Assembly: GCA_032718475.1 (NCBI GenBank)
Contig: JAUCBJ010007513.1
Location: 1 to 64,000 of the forward strand
Direction: 5' to 3'
DNA: 64,000 nt
DNA from: Nemertoderma westbladi
Taxonomy: Eukaryota; Animalia; Xenacoelomorpha
Part shown: piece by piece, positions 24,308 to 38,646 of the stretch
Position numbering within the stretch: position 1 is the stretch's first letter
How the letters are laid out: every line of letters starts with the position of its first letter
Translations under genes and position numbers: made by a program
The notes under the pieces: generated by a model
Seen by the model: the letters and a program-made list of their open reading frames with translations, nothing else
Told to the model about the DNA's origin: nothing
The model's database searches: none

Positions 24308-24805
24308 TACCATGTCCTGGAATTATTCAGGTACCTGGACCCCCCCCCCCCCCAAATAATTCTACAAATCTTAATGAGATTGCATGAAATTTGAAACAGA
24401 GATAGTTTCACCTCCCTCCTCCTTGCTGGGTGAGCCAGAATTTTTATTTTTGTTTTCAATCTTTAGCTACAAGCGTTTGAAAAAGGTGTCTCCGGTCATA
24501 TTTCACCAGTTACACTGCAGTTATTCTTGACCAATAGAAACCAATAGGTAGGTACCAATAGAAAGCTGACGGTGAAAGGATTCCAGAAATGTAAAAAAGA
24601 TATGAATTTGGTTGAGAAATAGCCGAGATATGGGCATTCTAAAGTTGTATTTATTTGTTTCCCCTGCACACCATTTATTATATTTAATAAATACATCATA
24701 ATTCTGGAACATTTTGTTTATCCCCTACGTAGCTGGGCAACAATACAATGCTTCTTTAAACATAGTAGTATGTAGCTAGCTATTCATACATAAACAAAAT
24801 GTTCT
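24308..24805. mobile_element. Diverged half-copy related to the 22697-23674 MITE
   Basis: Shares ggacccc(C)n...ctacaaatct...aatttgaaac...caatagaaagct...taaataca motifs in the same order. Confidence 0.6.
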
Positions 24806-26099
24806 CCCCATGTGACGACCTCAGGTCTCATATTGGTGACACTATAACCACTATTCCTGGGAAAGCATTAGTCTCGCTAATGGTTCTTGCTCAAGACAGT
24901 ATTGATACATTCAACTTGCAATGAGCTCCAGAATATAATAATGACCAATGCGAAATCGACTCCCTCTACTCAGAAGCCATGTAAATAGACAAAAAAATCT
25001 ATGGATTATAGTCGAGTAGACGCTTGGTACATTTTACTGACGAACCGTTCTCCAGCGTATGACTCCAATTTTATTTGCTCATTATGTTGTTCCACAATCC
25101 ACATTATAATAATAAATTTTCGCTATAAAGACTTTGGGAAAAGTTGAGCAATTTTTTTATTGCCGTTTCCTTTGAGGGTAAAATCATAACAAAATTACCA
25201 AAAAAATTTTAATCTATGTAGAGAATGTGTTAGCAACTACATTAAACATTCTAGAATATTATGTTATTATGATTCAAAACATTGCAGTAATAAGTTACAC
25301 TTAGGCAATGAAAATTTATTATGATTCAAAACATTGCAGTAATAAGTTACCATTAGGCAATGAAAATTTATTATGATTCAAAACAATGCAGTAATAAGTA
25401 ATAAGAGTTGGAGGCGACGAGTGCTTTGACTAAAATAATTAAAAAATATTGTGATTAATAGTGAAATTTAGTTTTGAGAAAGATTGCCTAAAAATCCAAA
25501 AAATCCAAAAGTTGGAAACGCTAGAAAAATGCAGCGATAGCAATATGAGAAAGGACTTTTGCCATTTGCGAAACAAGATTGCCACAATACGAAGAATTAG
25601 CTGGAAATTTGAAGATTCCGTTGGATTTGGGAGATGGTGAGCTTGATGACCTAACTATTTTGGAAAACCCGATTTTACAGGTAATATACTTAATGTACAC
25701 CACCATTTAATATGTAGAATATTGTATAATACTTATATTTAAAAAGATTTGTATTTTCGCTTTACAATTGTTGTTGGAAAATAATTTAAAAACGTCTCCA
25801 TCAAATCTAATCTAGCCACGGCCCTATCAAGCATTATTGATTATTTTATACTACTTTTTATGTAGCTATTTTTAATTTTTGATACTTATAAATGTTCTGG
25901 AACATATTGCCGTTACCCAACATGTATACAATATTTTTGTATTTTTTTAAATGTTTCAGATTTTATTTATTTATTTTAAAATATGGCAGATTTTTTTTGT
26001 TATGATGGAAATATTTTTTCAACTTTATTTGTTTATAACATAGGCCTATTTAAAAAAAATGTGAATAAAACGCAACATAAAAAGAGCAACATTCTCTAT

Positions 26100-27190
26100 G
26101 TGAGGCCTAATCCTATATAGAATCATTTTAGTGTATATGTTGGCAGCTACAACAAGCAGACAGATCCCACGATTTTGTTGGTATACCGAGGTCTCCTTTC
26201 TTAGGGAGATGCTTTAGTTGACCTTTAGTCCAAATTGGTGGTGGCTTTTCCCCTTTTAACATCCGGTTGCAAACATCCAAAAACGGTCTGTTTAGCACTC
26301 ATGTTTTCCATACCTCTTCAGGGATTTCACCTAATCCACTCGCTTTATAATTGGACATGCTTTTAATACTTCTTAGGAGTTCGGCAGGTGCCAAGTTGTT
26401 TAGCTTTCTCAACCTTGTTGATGTTTTCGGCTGTTGGTTGTTCAGTTTTTACTTTGGAGTAGGAGTATCTTAACATCTTCTCTGTTGCGATTTTGAACTT
26501 CTACTGTGTAAGCTTCCATTAATGCATTATCAGTTCTAAATTTCTCCCAGTCATAGTTGATTCGCTTGCTTGTCCTGAGTTTTCTGGCACTCAAACTGAG
26601 TCTGATCTCTGCAGTCTGGTCTGGTCCGAACCAATTAGGTTGAACGAGTTGTACTGTATGCCTCGCAGTTAAATGTCCATCCTTACTCTATTCGAATGTG
26701 GTGTTTGTAGGTATCAACGACTTTATAAGCCCTTTCAAATCTTCTAGTCCTTGACTGCTTGTTCTGTCTCTGATGCATTGGCTGGATTGTAGCAACACAT
26801 TGCTGTTGTTTTGTGATTCCCACCAAAAATGTTGTAATTATATTAGTTTATGATCCTGGAATTTTTCTATTCGATAGGGTTTAGTGTCAGAAGTGCAAAT
26901 GGACTTAGGAGAATTCATACTCCACCAATTGAAACATTGACCGAATTGCTTTCTGCTGAACTTGCAGACTGGAAGTGGATGGACGTTATAAACGTCCATT
27001 TCAAATGTCATTCATTATACTTGATGGCAATGTCTCATGACTAATCTGATATTCTTGAATACAAATTATGTCGATGTAATATTCCATTGCCAGAGCTGCA
27101 ATAATGTTTGCTAAGCAGTTTTAGAGTGCGCGCGTTCATTGTAGTATTTAGTGTCTTTCTAAGTTCCAACAGGTTGGTTCTCATTCTGCT
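26100..27190 (-). mobile_element. Old decayed RTE-like LINE (endonuclease to pre-RT region)
   Basis: TMNARTL...DIICIQE, IGGV*ILLSPFA and EIPEEVWK remnants. Confidence 0.6.
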
Positions 27191-27320
27191 CGACCTTATT
27201 TCATTCACTGGGGTCGATAAAATGAGTACCTGTTGAATTACTGGGAACAAATCTTGGGATACGAGTAGCACCAGTCATTCCTTCGGGTAGCAGCTACTGA
27301 AGAGGGAGACAGAAGCATGT
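27190..27320 (+). mobile_element. SINE core fragment related to 9254-9491
   Basis: ttcattcactggggtcgataaaatgagtacc...cgggtagcagcta. Confidence 0.7.
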
Positions 27321-30106
27321 TACAGTGGCACGTTATTCTAACCAAAATAATAAACGAAAGTCAATAGAACAGGATACAGTTTTATTTTTGGGAGTAACCA
27401 GCTGTTATTTGCGTCGATTTTTCCCTGGAGAGGGATGAATTTTGATTGCGACTAAAGGCCCTCCCTATCTTCGAAGAGATGCCTTCAGTCCGACTGTTTG
27501 ATTGGCTTTTTTTACTATTGTATAATGCAGATATTGATATATTATTCGAATTCCTAGAACTTTTAATTCCTGCAAAGCTAACCGAGCATTGCGAATTATC
27601 TTGCACAAAATATAATGAAAGTATTATTTATTTCAGATGTGAAATTTAGAATTAAAGGAAACTGCAGCAGTCAAGAATGAATATAAGAAGAGGGGGCTCG
27701 CAAGTATTATTCTGGAGAGCGGCTGTAGATAATATGCAGCCGTCAGCCGCCACTATAAACCTACAAATAGCCTAAAAACTTTGGTTGGATGTGGGAGCAA
27801 TTTGTAAATTGGGCTTTCAATTTTTATTGCAAGTGTGCGAACAAGGACTGCGATAACGTGTTAATAAATATAGTATCAAACATTCAACTAAAAGTAATTA
27901 CTGCAAATGCAGAAGTTGTTTCATCGACATCCCTTCACCTTTCATTTCAAGGTCCACTGGTAATACCGGATATCACCTTACAGAAACAACATCTCAGTTT
28001 GGGTAACCACTGCTACTTCGAAAAGGATAAACCTGCGCCACTCTGTCCATAAATGCGTCGGCCTTTAAAGTCGACATTCGAATTAACATACTTCCGCCAG
28101 TTCTTGATAATACATGTCTAGCGAGAGTTAGCGAGCTGACAGCATGTACTGTATTCCTGAGAGAGGTATGTCTGTGCATTACGTGGCCATAGTGATGAGT
28201 TCCAAATTGCACAAGACAATTGAGTTCCATATCAAGATGAGTTCCAAATTGCACATGTATTACAAGTTCACTGCCTGTAACAGTGTTTTCCATAACACTG
28301 CAATGTTACAAAATTTGTAACTCATAACTGCAAACATAATCCTTATTCCTTACATTTTTATTTTCTCAGCTTGGTTTCTTCTTATTTATGATTGACCATT
28401 GTCTAAATAGATAAATTAAGTGTTAATTGTTAATTCATTATTGTTGCTATGTAAAACATATGTCGTTAAGATAAATAGTGTTCTAGAAAAAATTGCTCAA
28501 TGCGGACTATGTGAAATATAACATAATTTCAAATGGTTTATACAAGTTAACACTTTCAGCAAAAAAAAACTGCAGTCATACCCAATTTGAACGGTGGTCG
28601 GTACTGTCTACTTGACTATTATATCTGACAAACTCTCTGAAAGATGTAAAGTAAACTAGACAAGTTTACATTCTCTGGAAACGGGATGGTAAATCTAAAG
28701 CTCATAAGCCTATAAGAAGTCAAAGAAAAATAGTCGCCAGGATTTGGTTAAATAAAGAAAATGTCAACAAGACTGTCAATGAGTCTGTCAAGATTATGCC
28801 CGGAAATCCAAAATGGATTTGGAATGGCCTTAATGTAGGGGAGTCTGTTCAACCGCCCCCCAAAGTGAAAGATTGCATACGAGATCTTCGCAAAGATCTT
28901 TGAGTCCGTAATATTACTTCAATTTGTCCATGGCATCCTATAATTTCCACCCGATGCAGACCGCTTATCAGCAGAAAGTAGGTGCAGACATCATAGGAGT
29001 TCCTGGAAGCTCAAAGGAAGAGAGGACAAACTGTATTGATTTGTCAACTGGATATAACAGCCATTTTCGACAATGTCAAATACAACATTACGTTTCATAA
29101 ATTCAAAGAGGTTCTTATCCCTCATATCCTCATATCTGTCTTGCCTCTCTGCATTATTATATATATTATATCCTAATATATGAGGTATCTTATTTAGTTT
29201 TGGGTTATCAAACTTTGTATTGACGATGCATTTTGTACTGTACATGACATGGGGTGGGTATGCATTATTACGTAGAGTGTGTGTGCTCCATAGGTTGGTT
29301 TCTTGGGTTGTTGGTTGGGTCACATGGGTCAGAAGCCTTTCCTCTGCACTTCTTAGCCTCGATGTGGAGTAAGGAGAGTGGAGGAATTACGTTTTCCATA
29401 AAGCAGGGAACCTTGCGAATGATCCAGCCTTCATAACACGCTACAGTGATTCCGGAGTGGTCGGTCCCCTGGTTCCTGGTCTTCAAAGTACCCCCTGTCT
29501 GATGATGATGCTACAATGGCACATTACATGAAACAGCGGGATTTAATTGCTGTGCTGTTTGATATGGTACTGTATACTGAAGAGAGAGTCATACCTCGTC
29601 AGGTTTCATGCACGCACAATGAATGCTTCGCCCTTTCGTGGCATGGCACCCTCAACAAGCTGACGTCTTGAGATGTAGAGACATCTCAACCATGTTATAG
29701 TATGCCAGCAGAAACTTGCAAAGAGTTATGTGTCCTGTGTAAGAGTAGGGGTTCAAATAATTCTAAAACTATATACCATAGAATATTATTACCATATATA
29801 CTACTGTATAATGTCGGTTAGCTATTTATAAAAGAAGAAGTACCTATAGAGGATAGTGCGAGAAATTCTGATTTAGTTTACATTGGTGTCAGCGATACAT
29901 CCTGGGATGGTGTCGAGCACTGGGCGATTACAGGGCGATCTGGAGCCACGGCTGCACTACAGCGAGGTCCGCAGCTTAACTTCCTTCTCACCCCGTGGAC
30001 ACACCATCTGCATGATTTCTCACGGAAGCTGAACGCACGCTGTTACATAATATTTCCCAACAAATACAGTAGTAAATAATTGAAAATATAATTTGTTGCC
30101 ATTTAC

Positions 30107-30306
30107 CTGAATCTACGCTGACACTCCTCAACTGTTGCTGATGGATTCACTGATCTCACTAAATCTGTTACTAAACTCTCCAGTTCGTTGACATCTATGA
30201 AGCCGCTGAAATCAGCATCATAGAATTTCCAAACTTTAACGAATTCGTGGCTAGTGAGGCGATACCAGTTTCGGAACTCAGCAAGCATATTATTCCGAGT
30301 CTCCAT
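30107..30306 (-). CDS. Calbindin/calretinin-like EF-hand protein, upstream coding exon
   Basis: EFVKVWKFYDADFSGFIDVNELESLVTDL; AG|gtaaat donor, phase 2, joins 21781 in frame across an 8.3-kb intron (183 aa from this ATG); acceptor at 30342. Confidence 0.9.
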
Positions 30307-30889
30307 TGTCAGATGGGTGCAATATTTTTTAAATAAAGATTCTAAAAATTTAATATCATCAGAACAATGAAGAATATAAAATACTGAAGTAGTGTTAGCA
30401 GATTTAATATATAAGCTTATTCACAAGAATATGCAGGTGTTACCAGTAACAGTTAAAATATCGTTACAATAGATAAAACGTTCTCTTTGTGAGACCATTA
30501 CAAGTTTTCTTAACTTGGTTGTCACGGTGTTTGGTAGAATAACTGGACCCAGTTATGGAGTATAAGTTAGGTAACTTGTATTCCCATCACTCCTCCCATG
30601 CCGAAATTGTGCAGTACGTACTGTGATAGCTAGAAATTTTTTTATCATTTAACGATATTCTAATATAACATCTTATTTAACTGTCTTTGGGTAAAAAATG
30701 TACCGGTACCATAAGTATTTATGCAATTAAACAAAAATCTGAACTGAACGAATGCAAATACATGTTCCATGCCACTATTATAACCTGATATAAGGAACAA
30801 TATTCGGAAGAGACAATAGGGGACATCTGGCATAAAAGGGCAAACCTGTACTTCACATACAAGTTTACATTATAAATTATATATAATAT

Positions 30890-31510
30890 AATTGGTTACA
30901 AAATTCATGAAACATAAATACACATGGCGTACATACTGTAATTGCCACTCTACACTAGTTCCAATGCCAATATTCTCTAAACAAACTATACTTTCTTCTA
31001 AACATAACTTACATTACAGTAGGACCAATAGGCTGTACTTCCTACACAGACCTCATCGTCTCAACAACATATGGCCATCGACTCATCAAGCTTATGATCA
31101 AGTCATTCGAGAGATCCAACATCATGTGGGATAAAACATGTACTAAAGTACTTGATCAAAATCTCTACAGAAATGCATCCACATCGGCAGTGAATCCTGG
31201 ATTGAGTTGCATCCATAATAGTGAAAAATATAGGACCTTGATATATTCGCCGAGGGGATACAGACCACTATTGTACATGTACAGTCTATAAAACAAATTA
31301 CTATTTAGTAAAGCGGGTTAATTGCACACAGACTATTCCTAAATGTATCCCTTCTCACTATCAAACACTTCGTGGAAGATGACCCCAATCTAATCGGTGA
31401 TATACTTTTACACCTCATGAACTGTGTGTTTTTCACATGTAAAACTACTCCCACCCTATTCAGCCACTCAGTAATTAGTAATACGTATAAGGGTAAATTT
31501 CATAACATTA
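30890..31510 (+). mobile_element. Decayed L2-like LINE 3' fragment
   Basis: RLYFLHR..RLN motif region, heavily mutated. Confidence 0.4.
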
Positions 31511-32308
31511 TGGTCCCTACTTCTTACAGACCCATTGAATCGAGCCGCGTCCTTGGGCAGTAGTTTGAATAGTGACTGTTTGAGGCATACCGCAGCGGAC
31601 TACCCACCCATATCCTATACAAATGTCATATAAGAAGAAAATAGGGACTGTCATGGATGTAAACACATTCTTTGACGTCAATGAATGCTGCACACACATC
31701 ATCCCAATCTTTAATTGTCAATTTGATATTGAATCAACCTTCGACGATGTAATACTAGCCAAGAGGTAACTCATGCATCATAGGCATAGCTACCCTTGTG
31801 TAGTATTTATTACATATCCAGTGAAATTTTCATTCACACAAAGACCGAGACATCTGGCTGTTGTCTTCATTGATTTATTTAAGACTTCGATTCAGTCTCT
31901 CATCACGTATGTTCAACAAGCTTGCAGCAGATGGGATTCCTGAGAAATTATTGCTGAAATTGGATCAATATACAATGGTTCTACAACATTTATGTCTAAC
32001 ACTGATGGTGACACAGACCCACTTGAAGTTCTTTGGGGAGTCTTTCAGGGAGACAGACTTCCACCATTATTGACTCTAATTATGGTTAATTATGTTCTAG
32101 TAATTTCTAGACCATGTTATTAAGATGAGGTGATTGTAACACCCCCTACAGACTCCAGAAGAAGAGGTATTTCAGCCAAGCACCTTACTGGTCTAGACTT
32201 GGCTGATGAGGTAGAAGTACTGGAGGGAGCCTCACTGCTCCTAGTGCTGGTCTTGCTGTTAACTCCAAAAGACCAAAATTTTGCCTGTTAACATTCTGGC
32301 AGTCCTAA
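31328..32308 (+). repeat. Segment duplicated at 52680-56342 (includes an old RTE RT fragment at ~31840-32308)
   Basis: Near-identical sequence; this copy lacks the MITE and hAT insertions of the second copy. Confidence 0.9.
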
Positions 32309-34084
32309 TAGTCTACCTGCCAACTCCCGAAAATTAAGTTTAGATAGCATTTTTTGTTAATGGTTGGCATCCACCTGATTTTTGTACTTCAAGACATGGC
32401 GAATCCAGCTAGGCCAGATGCCACCTCTGCATTTTTGATTTAATGCCTTTTTTTGGGCTTCAAAGTTTTTAGCTCAAAAATGTTTTTTTCAATTTTAGTA
32501 TACATGTTCATGGTGAATGCTAGTGAATCTCGTCTCATCACCAGTGTATAAATCTAAAGTTAATAAAAATGCATCAATGTTGTCCTGAAACTGTTATAAA
32601 CACTTTGGTAAAGAAGAAAATTTCCGAAATTCCCTTGCAGTCCGCCAACCCGGCCCTAGTAACCGCCTTTGAAGCGAAGAGACGGGACCTAAAATACGAA
32701 GTCCTGCAATATCCTACTATAGAGTCTGTGAATCAGAAAGCATAAGTCCAACCTTCTCACCAAAACAGTAAACTCTAAGTAAGCAAATCTATTGCAGTAT
32801 CGGTCTCTCATAACCGGTGAGGCAGAAGACAGTCTACGAACGGACAAACTTCGATAAAACAAAATCCCGCGCAGCGAATCCTAAAATCAGGCTGACTCAC
32901 TGACGGACTAAGGGTGCTCGTATACTTTGCCGTGGTGTGATTTATATGGTGTGGGTGAGAGTGCAAACTGCGGTCTGGACAAAATTATTTTATATATTTT
33001 GAGGTGCAAATAATTCCTAACGCGCGTGTGTGTATTGATTCGGGGTCAAATTTATTTTGTAATCCTTCACATAATATCATTTACTGGGTCCGGTGTTCAT
33101 TTTACAAATATTCTAATTTTGTAGTTTGTAGGTCTAATACTCACGAATGATAAGGCTCCTTCCCCTTTGTGTATTTCCAGGACTCAAATTCAGGCATAAG
33201 GTTAATACTACGCCCAGAATTCGGCAATTTTAATTTACCAGGTCCCTAATACTAAGAAGAAATGTGTTAGTTTACTACAATAAGCGTACAGTTACAAAAT
33301 AGCTAGCCTGGTTCCTATCTAGAATTTTGGTTACCTAGACGAGCTTGGTAACTTCCTATCAGGATGTCGGCGGGGACACGGTAGGTGTTAGTATCCCTAA
33401 TAGCCTTAATTTATGTGCGCCTAGCAGTAAACTGCCCTACCGCCTGAACGGTATAATCTTAATTCAGGGAAAAGCACAGTGACCCTCTCCTGGCCTACAA
33501 ACTCCAACGCAAACGATAAACACCGTTGTACTACTGACAAGCCACCAGCGCACCTATACCTGGCAAATGAGTTAGGCGTACAGTTTGCTGCACCCTACCA
33601 ATGTGCAGTGCATGCCTAGTAATGGTGTGCCTGTGTCTTATCTGAGTACTGGTATCTCTCCTCTCCTCCCCCGTAGGAATGTGAAGGGTTGCCGCGGGTT
33701 TTCCTGAATCAAAATAATACAGTTCCTAAATTTAAATTTTTGGCGCACAGCGTGCCACTACTTCTACCTTCGATCTCAGGTCTTATACTTAGGTAGCAAG
33801 GCATCGAACGCTGTCTAACCTTTCAGGCGATGGGCGAAGAACTATGAATCGGTATTGTGGGTGGTCTCCTGTTTACATTTCGCCGATGTTCCCGTTCATT
33901 GCTGCGGTCCGCCGCCTAGCCTGCCATCTGTTCCTCAGTTAGGTTCACAGTGGTGAAACATGTTTAAAAAGGGCAGATATGGCAATAATTCTGACTTTAT
34001 TACAGATAACCAACAAATTATACTAATATAAACAATACACGTAATAAGATAAGAATAAGGTAGATAAGATGAGATGAGAGAGGA

Positions 34085-35285
34085 TGTTCGCGCTTTCAGA
34101 CCTTTAGCAGTTTAACCTGCCAATTTTAGGTGTCCTCTTGTTTATAAATCGACTTTAGCCTATAACAATTATATAATGAACATGAAGTAACATTAGCCGA
34201 AGCCAGTTTATGCGCGATCATTCACCCACAGTTAAGGGAGACTGGATTCGGGTGCTTTGAAGTTATTGTGTTGCAGACCTACGGTATTATTCGATTGATC
34301 GTTACTATATAATCTCTGACAATATTATTCACTTTCGGGGAAATATCAACAGTTCCTTTAGGACGTGGCGCTTTAAATATAAAACAGAGTTATGACTTAT
34401 ACTAAACACAACGAGATGGCTACTGATTTTCGTAAATAGCGCATTCTTTAGGAGATGCTTTATTATCTGTCACACTGCTGCATACGACTTCACACTGCTG
34501 CACACTGATCTGCCGACCGTCACTGAATTTGACCATATATAAGGAGGATAGCAACTGACACATGTAGGGATTATGAAATAGCATTTAATTCACACTAAAA
34601 CCACTGTAATGTAAGTCGCAATTGCTACCGGTAACCGGTCCCTCTTACCTTCAGTAATCAAGAAGATTGGGGGTTTTAAGATTATTTATCGGTATTCTCC
34701 AAATATAACAACATATCCATCAACAAATAACAATTAATAACAGACAGTAAATAGAAGTAAAATAATGCGGTGAAAGTCAGTATGTCGAGTACCGCAGTTG
34801 CAGCCAGGTGCAGTTGTTATGGTTTATTGCACAGTTGCATAGTGCAGTAGGGCCAGTTGACAAGATAATAGATTTACGTTCTTATAATCAAAGCCGTCTA
34901 ATGTTGGCCAAAGTCTGAAACTTCTAACACAGAAGTACAGAAGAATTTCCTAGCAGTTGTTCTCGCTCAGAAAGGTAAACAAAGACAGTAATGCATTGCG
35001 CGGTTTTCCGTAGGCCTCTGTACAAGATAAAATGAAAATCGCTCTGATTGGCCGAGCCTGAACAAAGAGAGGCTCCACGTGTACAGTAAATCAGCTGGCA
35101 GATTTCGTCATCGGAGTTCCAGTCTTTTAGAGTATTAGGCGTATTGTGGCAGAAAATGGCTTGTTATATCCGCTAAAACACCTACAAGGTACATTGCGGA
35201 GAAAATGGCTTGTTATGTCCGCTAAAACAACTACACAGTTCATTGCGGAGAAAAATGACTTGTTATATCCACAAAAGCTTTTACA
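34085..35285 (-). repeat. 3' LTR of BEL family B
   Basis: tgttcgcg...cttttaca; matches 51489-52679. Confidence 0.93.
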
Positions 35286-35363
35286 CCGCTCCCAGAAAAT
35301 GGGATTTAATTCTATAAAATATAAAAAATCACAGTTTCTAAAATATAAAAATACTCTAAACAA

Positions 35364-36916
35364 TTAGTCCTTCTTACGCGAATGGTGTTTACGCAGTTTT
35401 TTGAGGCTAGCAAGAGTCCTTTTCTCTTTGGGGCGAGCCACTTTACTAGGAGGGCTATAACTCCTGGGTGAAGGGTGCAATACAATTGCATCGGAAGGTT
35501 TAGGGTTACGGTCAGTGTATCCGCCGGTCGAGGTACCCGGTTGATCAGTATCAACCTCAGTGGAACGAGGTCGAACAACCTTGAGAGCGCGTTTTAAGAC
35601 AGCAGCTCTTACTGGTCCCTGGCGGGTCGTTTGCACGAGAGCGGTAGGTGGACCGTGTGTTGTGAGAAATTTCCTCAGTTTGATGGTTCTTTCCACCTCG
35701 CGTTCTCGGGCTCTATCGGAATCGATATGCTTCTCCTCGAGCTGATTTTCCTCCGCTTATCGTTGGAAGCATTCGTCCAAATCTCTTGCGGAGAGTAGGG
35801 TCATCCAAGTTTGATATCTTCTTAGAGATTCTGGATTTCCCGATCGAACTGGGGTACGGCCAATTCCTTTACCGCTTGGACTTGCTGCTGCAATTTACGT
35901 TTCTCTAAACAATTGTAGGTTCATTTTCCGATCTTTTGTCGAATAGTGTCTAACGCATTTCATTCAACTCTCTCCTCCACCTCGGTGACAGGTTGTATCG
36001 GGGTTAGATTGGGACAATTATACGGGTTGAATGGCGATATTAGGTGTCCGCGTCCCAATCCGGCTAGGTAAGATGGGCGAATATCTTGGGAGCCCACAAC
36101 CGGAGTGCCACCGACTAATTGTTCGGGTAACACTAGATCTTTGAACAGTGAGTACAGTTCGGGAGGATCCGTGATACTATTAATATCAAGAGTGTGAGGT
36201 CTCACTAGGGAGTGAGGAGGCCTGACCGAGTATTCCGGAACTCTGATCATATGTTTATTTAAGGATTGTTTGAGTTGAGCGAGCGTAGGTGATACGTCGA
36301 ACAAGTTTCGTTCGAAACTCCCGTAAATATAGCGAGTAAAACTGTGTTTAGCGCAACGTCTCCGCGGATGTTTGTCTTTCCGTGTGTTGGTTGGGTCTAG
36401 GGCATTCATCGTAATAATACCAAAGACGCACGTCTTGTAGGGGAAAACGCGGGTGATCTTTCTCCAGTTTTACAATGTCTCTCTCAAGAATTCCAAATAT
36501 ACGTTGAAGTCACTGCGTTTATCCGGTTCTTTAACGTCTTCTCTTTCGAGTTGGTTTCGAATAGAATTTTCGTGTTCGATTCTCAGTTTGTCGTTCCGAC
36601 TCCGCTGGGTATGATATTTAAATAGGATCATTTCCCTTTCGGTGTCTACATCGTCCATATCGTGTAAATCGATAGGATGGCCACTAGTTAAGAGGTCCAT
36701 ATACGTACCATTACGATGCGTATAGCGAGCGGTGAATTTTCTATAGTCCAATTCACGCGTGAGCTGTTCTTTTGACATTGGCAGTTCGATATAACGGCCA
36801 TCGTCCTCCGTAGTGAGTTGACTAGCGTCGCCGCGCATTAAACTATCAACAAACGCTTGCAATGGTAGGGTATATCGCTCCCTGATACCAAGATCATCTT
36901 CTACCAACTCAGTCAT
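35364..36916 (-). pseudogene. Extra ORF between pol and the 3' LTR, broken into fragments; function unknown
   Basis: Consecutive same-strand ORFs 36916-36470, 36409-35960 and 35696-35364 with coding-like sequence between them. Confidence 0.6.
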
Positions 36917-38646
36917 AGCTGCTATATGAGTTTATCGATATTATAATTAATTATAATTTAGGCTAGCGGTCGTTGCTGCCTCCCCCTCAATGCCCCCGGA
37001 CAGCGCAAGCTCCTCAGCGCTGATGTACTGTCGCTGCTGTGTCTATCGCCAACATAGTAGCTACACAACGACAACAGCAACCAGCGCGAGTCACTCCACT
37101 GTCCATCCCAAGGGCTTAGATTTACTTCAGGTTCTTACTGCAGAGGTAGGGCTACTTTCACAACTGCGACTCGCTACTGTAAACACACTTTAGTAGTAAC
37201 ATTCACCTATAAACGCACAAATTCCACACAACTGTCACAAATTGTACACATTCGGGCCATTTGTCCGTTAGTCAAGTGCCTTCCAGAATGCCACGTTATT
37301 ATTATGTATCCTTGGATACTAGCAGTGCGCTATTTATTCCGTATGCTATTCAATGGGGCAAGCTTTTTATTGTTCTTTTAACTCACTTCTAATTCTAGCG
37401 TGGTTGTTGCCATGGTGACATTATGGAAAGCTAGCAGTAGAATTAGGGTAATTCTCATGCATACAGATCTGGGATGCTATTTAATAATAATTCTTTAATT
37501 GTCAATATTCCCCTTTATACATGATTTTATGAATTTTATCGGCTATTGACTATATATTGGAGATTCTCTCACACTAATATACTTAATAGGGTGAATCTCC
37601 GCTCCCATGATCTATTAATTAATGGAATTTTGGGAATGTTATAAATTGTATAAAATGACAATTTATCAAATTCATGAGAGGATATGAATTTAAATTTATT
37701 CCCGTAAATTTTATTATTTAATATTAAAATAGACACAATTTTATTCCAGAACATGTCTGGGGACTGAGATCCTTGATTCTAGGAAATTTGTCCTTTTAAG
37801 AGTATCGGTAAGTGCTACGATATCTTAATCGACTAGAATTTTTAAAGGATCTAAATTTTAACAGATTTTGATTTATAGATTTTCTTGGTTTACAAACTCC
37901 TTAGAGTTTATTTGTATGCATTTACTCTATTATAACATTTGTTTTAATAGATTTTTATAAATATTAACTATTTAATATTTAAGATGGGCACCGATTTATT
38001 CCAGAACATGTCTGGGGAAGTTAACCACTGATTCTAGAATTTTGTCTTTCAAGTATATCGGTGGGTGCCGCGATATCTTAATCGACTAGAATTACAGATG
38101 GTCAAAGGGTTTAACAGATTTATTTTGCGTTTTACGCTACTGTTAAAGGGACATCACGCTACTATATGTATTATTTAATATACGGTATGAGAGCAATATT
38201 GCAAGAAGCAATGTCAGTGAGAAGAGGCAAGTCGTTTCCAAGTTCTACCCAGAGCTTGGTTTAGCCGAGACACGAGGATCTGAACTTTGCATTCCTAATA
38301 CTCTACTTACCAATAATACTTGAGTATAGTAGGAGCTTTATTGTACTTTAATAAGTACGGATATTTCATCTTACTGTAGTCACGCATTTATAATATGATA
38401 CGGACAGTAAGGAAAGAGAAAAAAGAATTATTTCTCGCCGTTGCACTAAATATATAATATAAGTAATTAAGTAATAAACACGAGTATATATTGCACTAAT
38501 CTACTAAATAATCGCTAAAATAACATTCTGCTAAATAAAATTAAAGAAAACGATTATAATAAAATTACATAATAATACATACATAAATATAAAAATAATA
38601 AAAACAAATATAAAATATTATAGTCACACACCCACTCCAGACGCTG

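Noticed and set aside
28560-30040. Coding-like ORFs in the EF-hand intron
   Set aside because: No recognisable motif or phase-compatible splicing; the two EF exons already join in frame. Probably decayed transposon sequence.
32590-34084. Leader and LTR end of a further LTR element
   Set aside because: Composition is suggestive, but there is no second copy, TSD or ORF to support boundaries.
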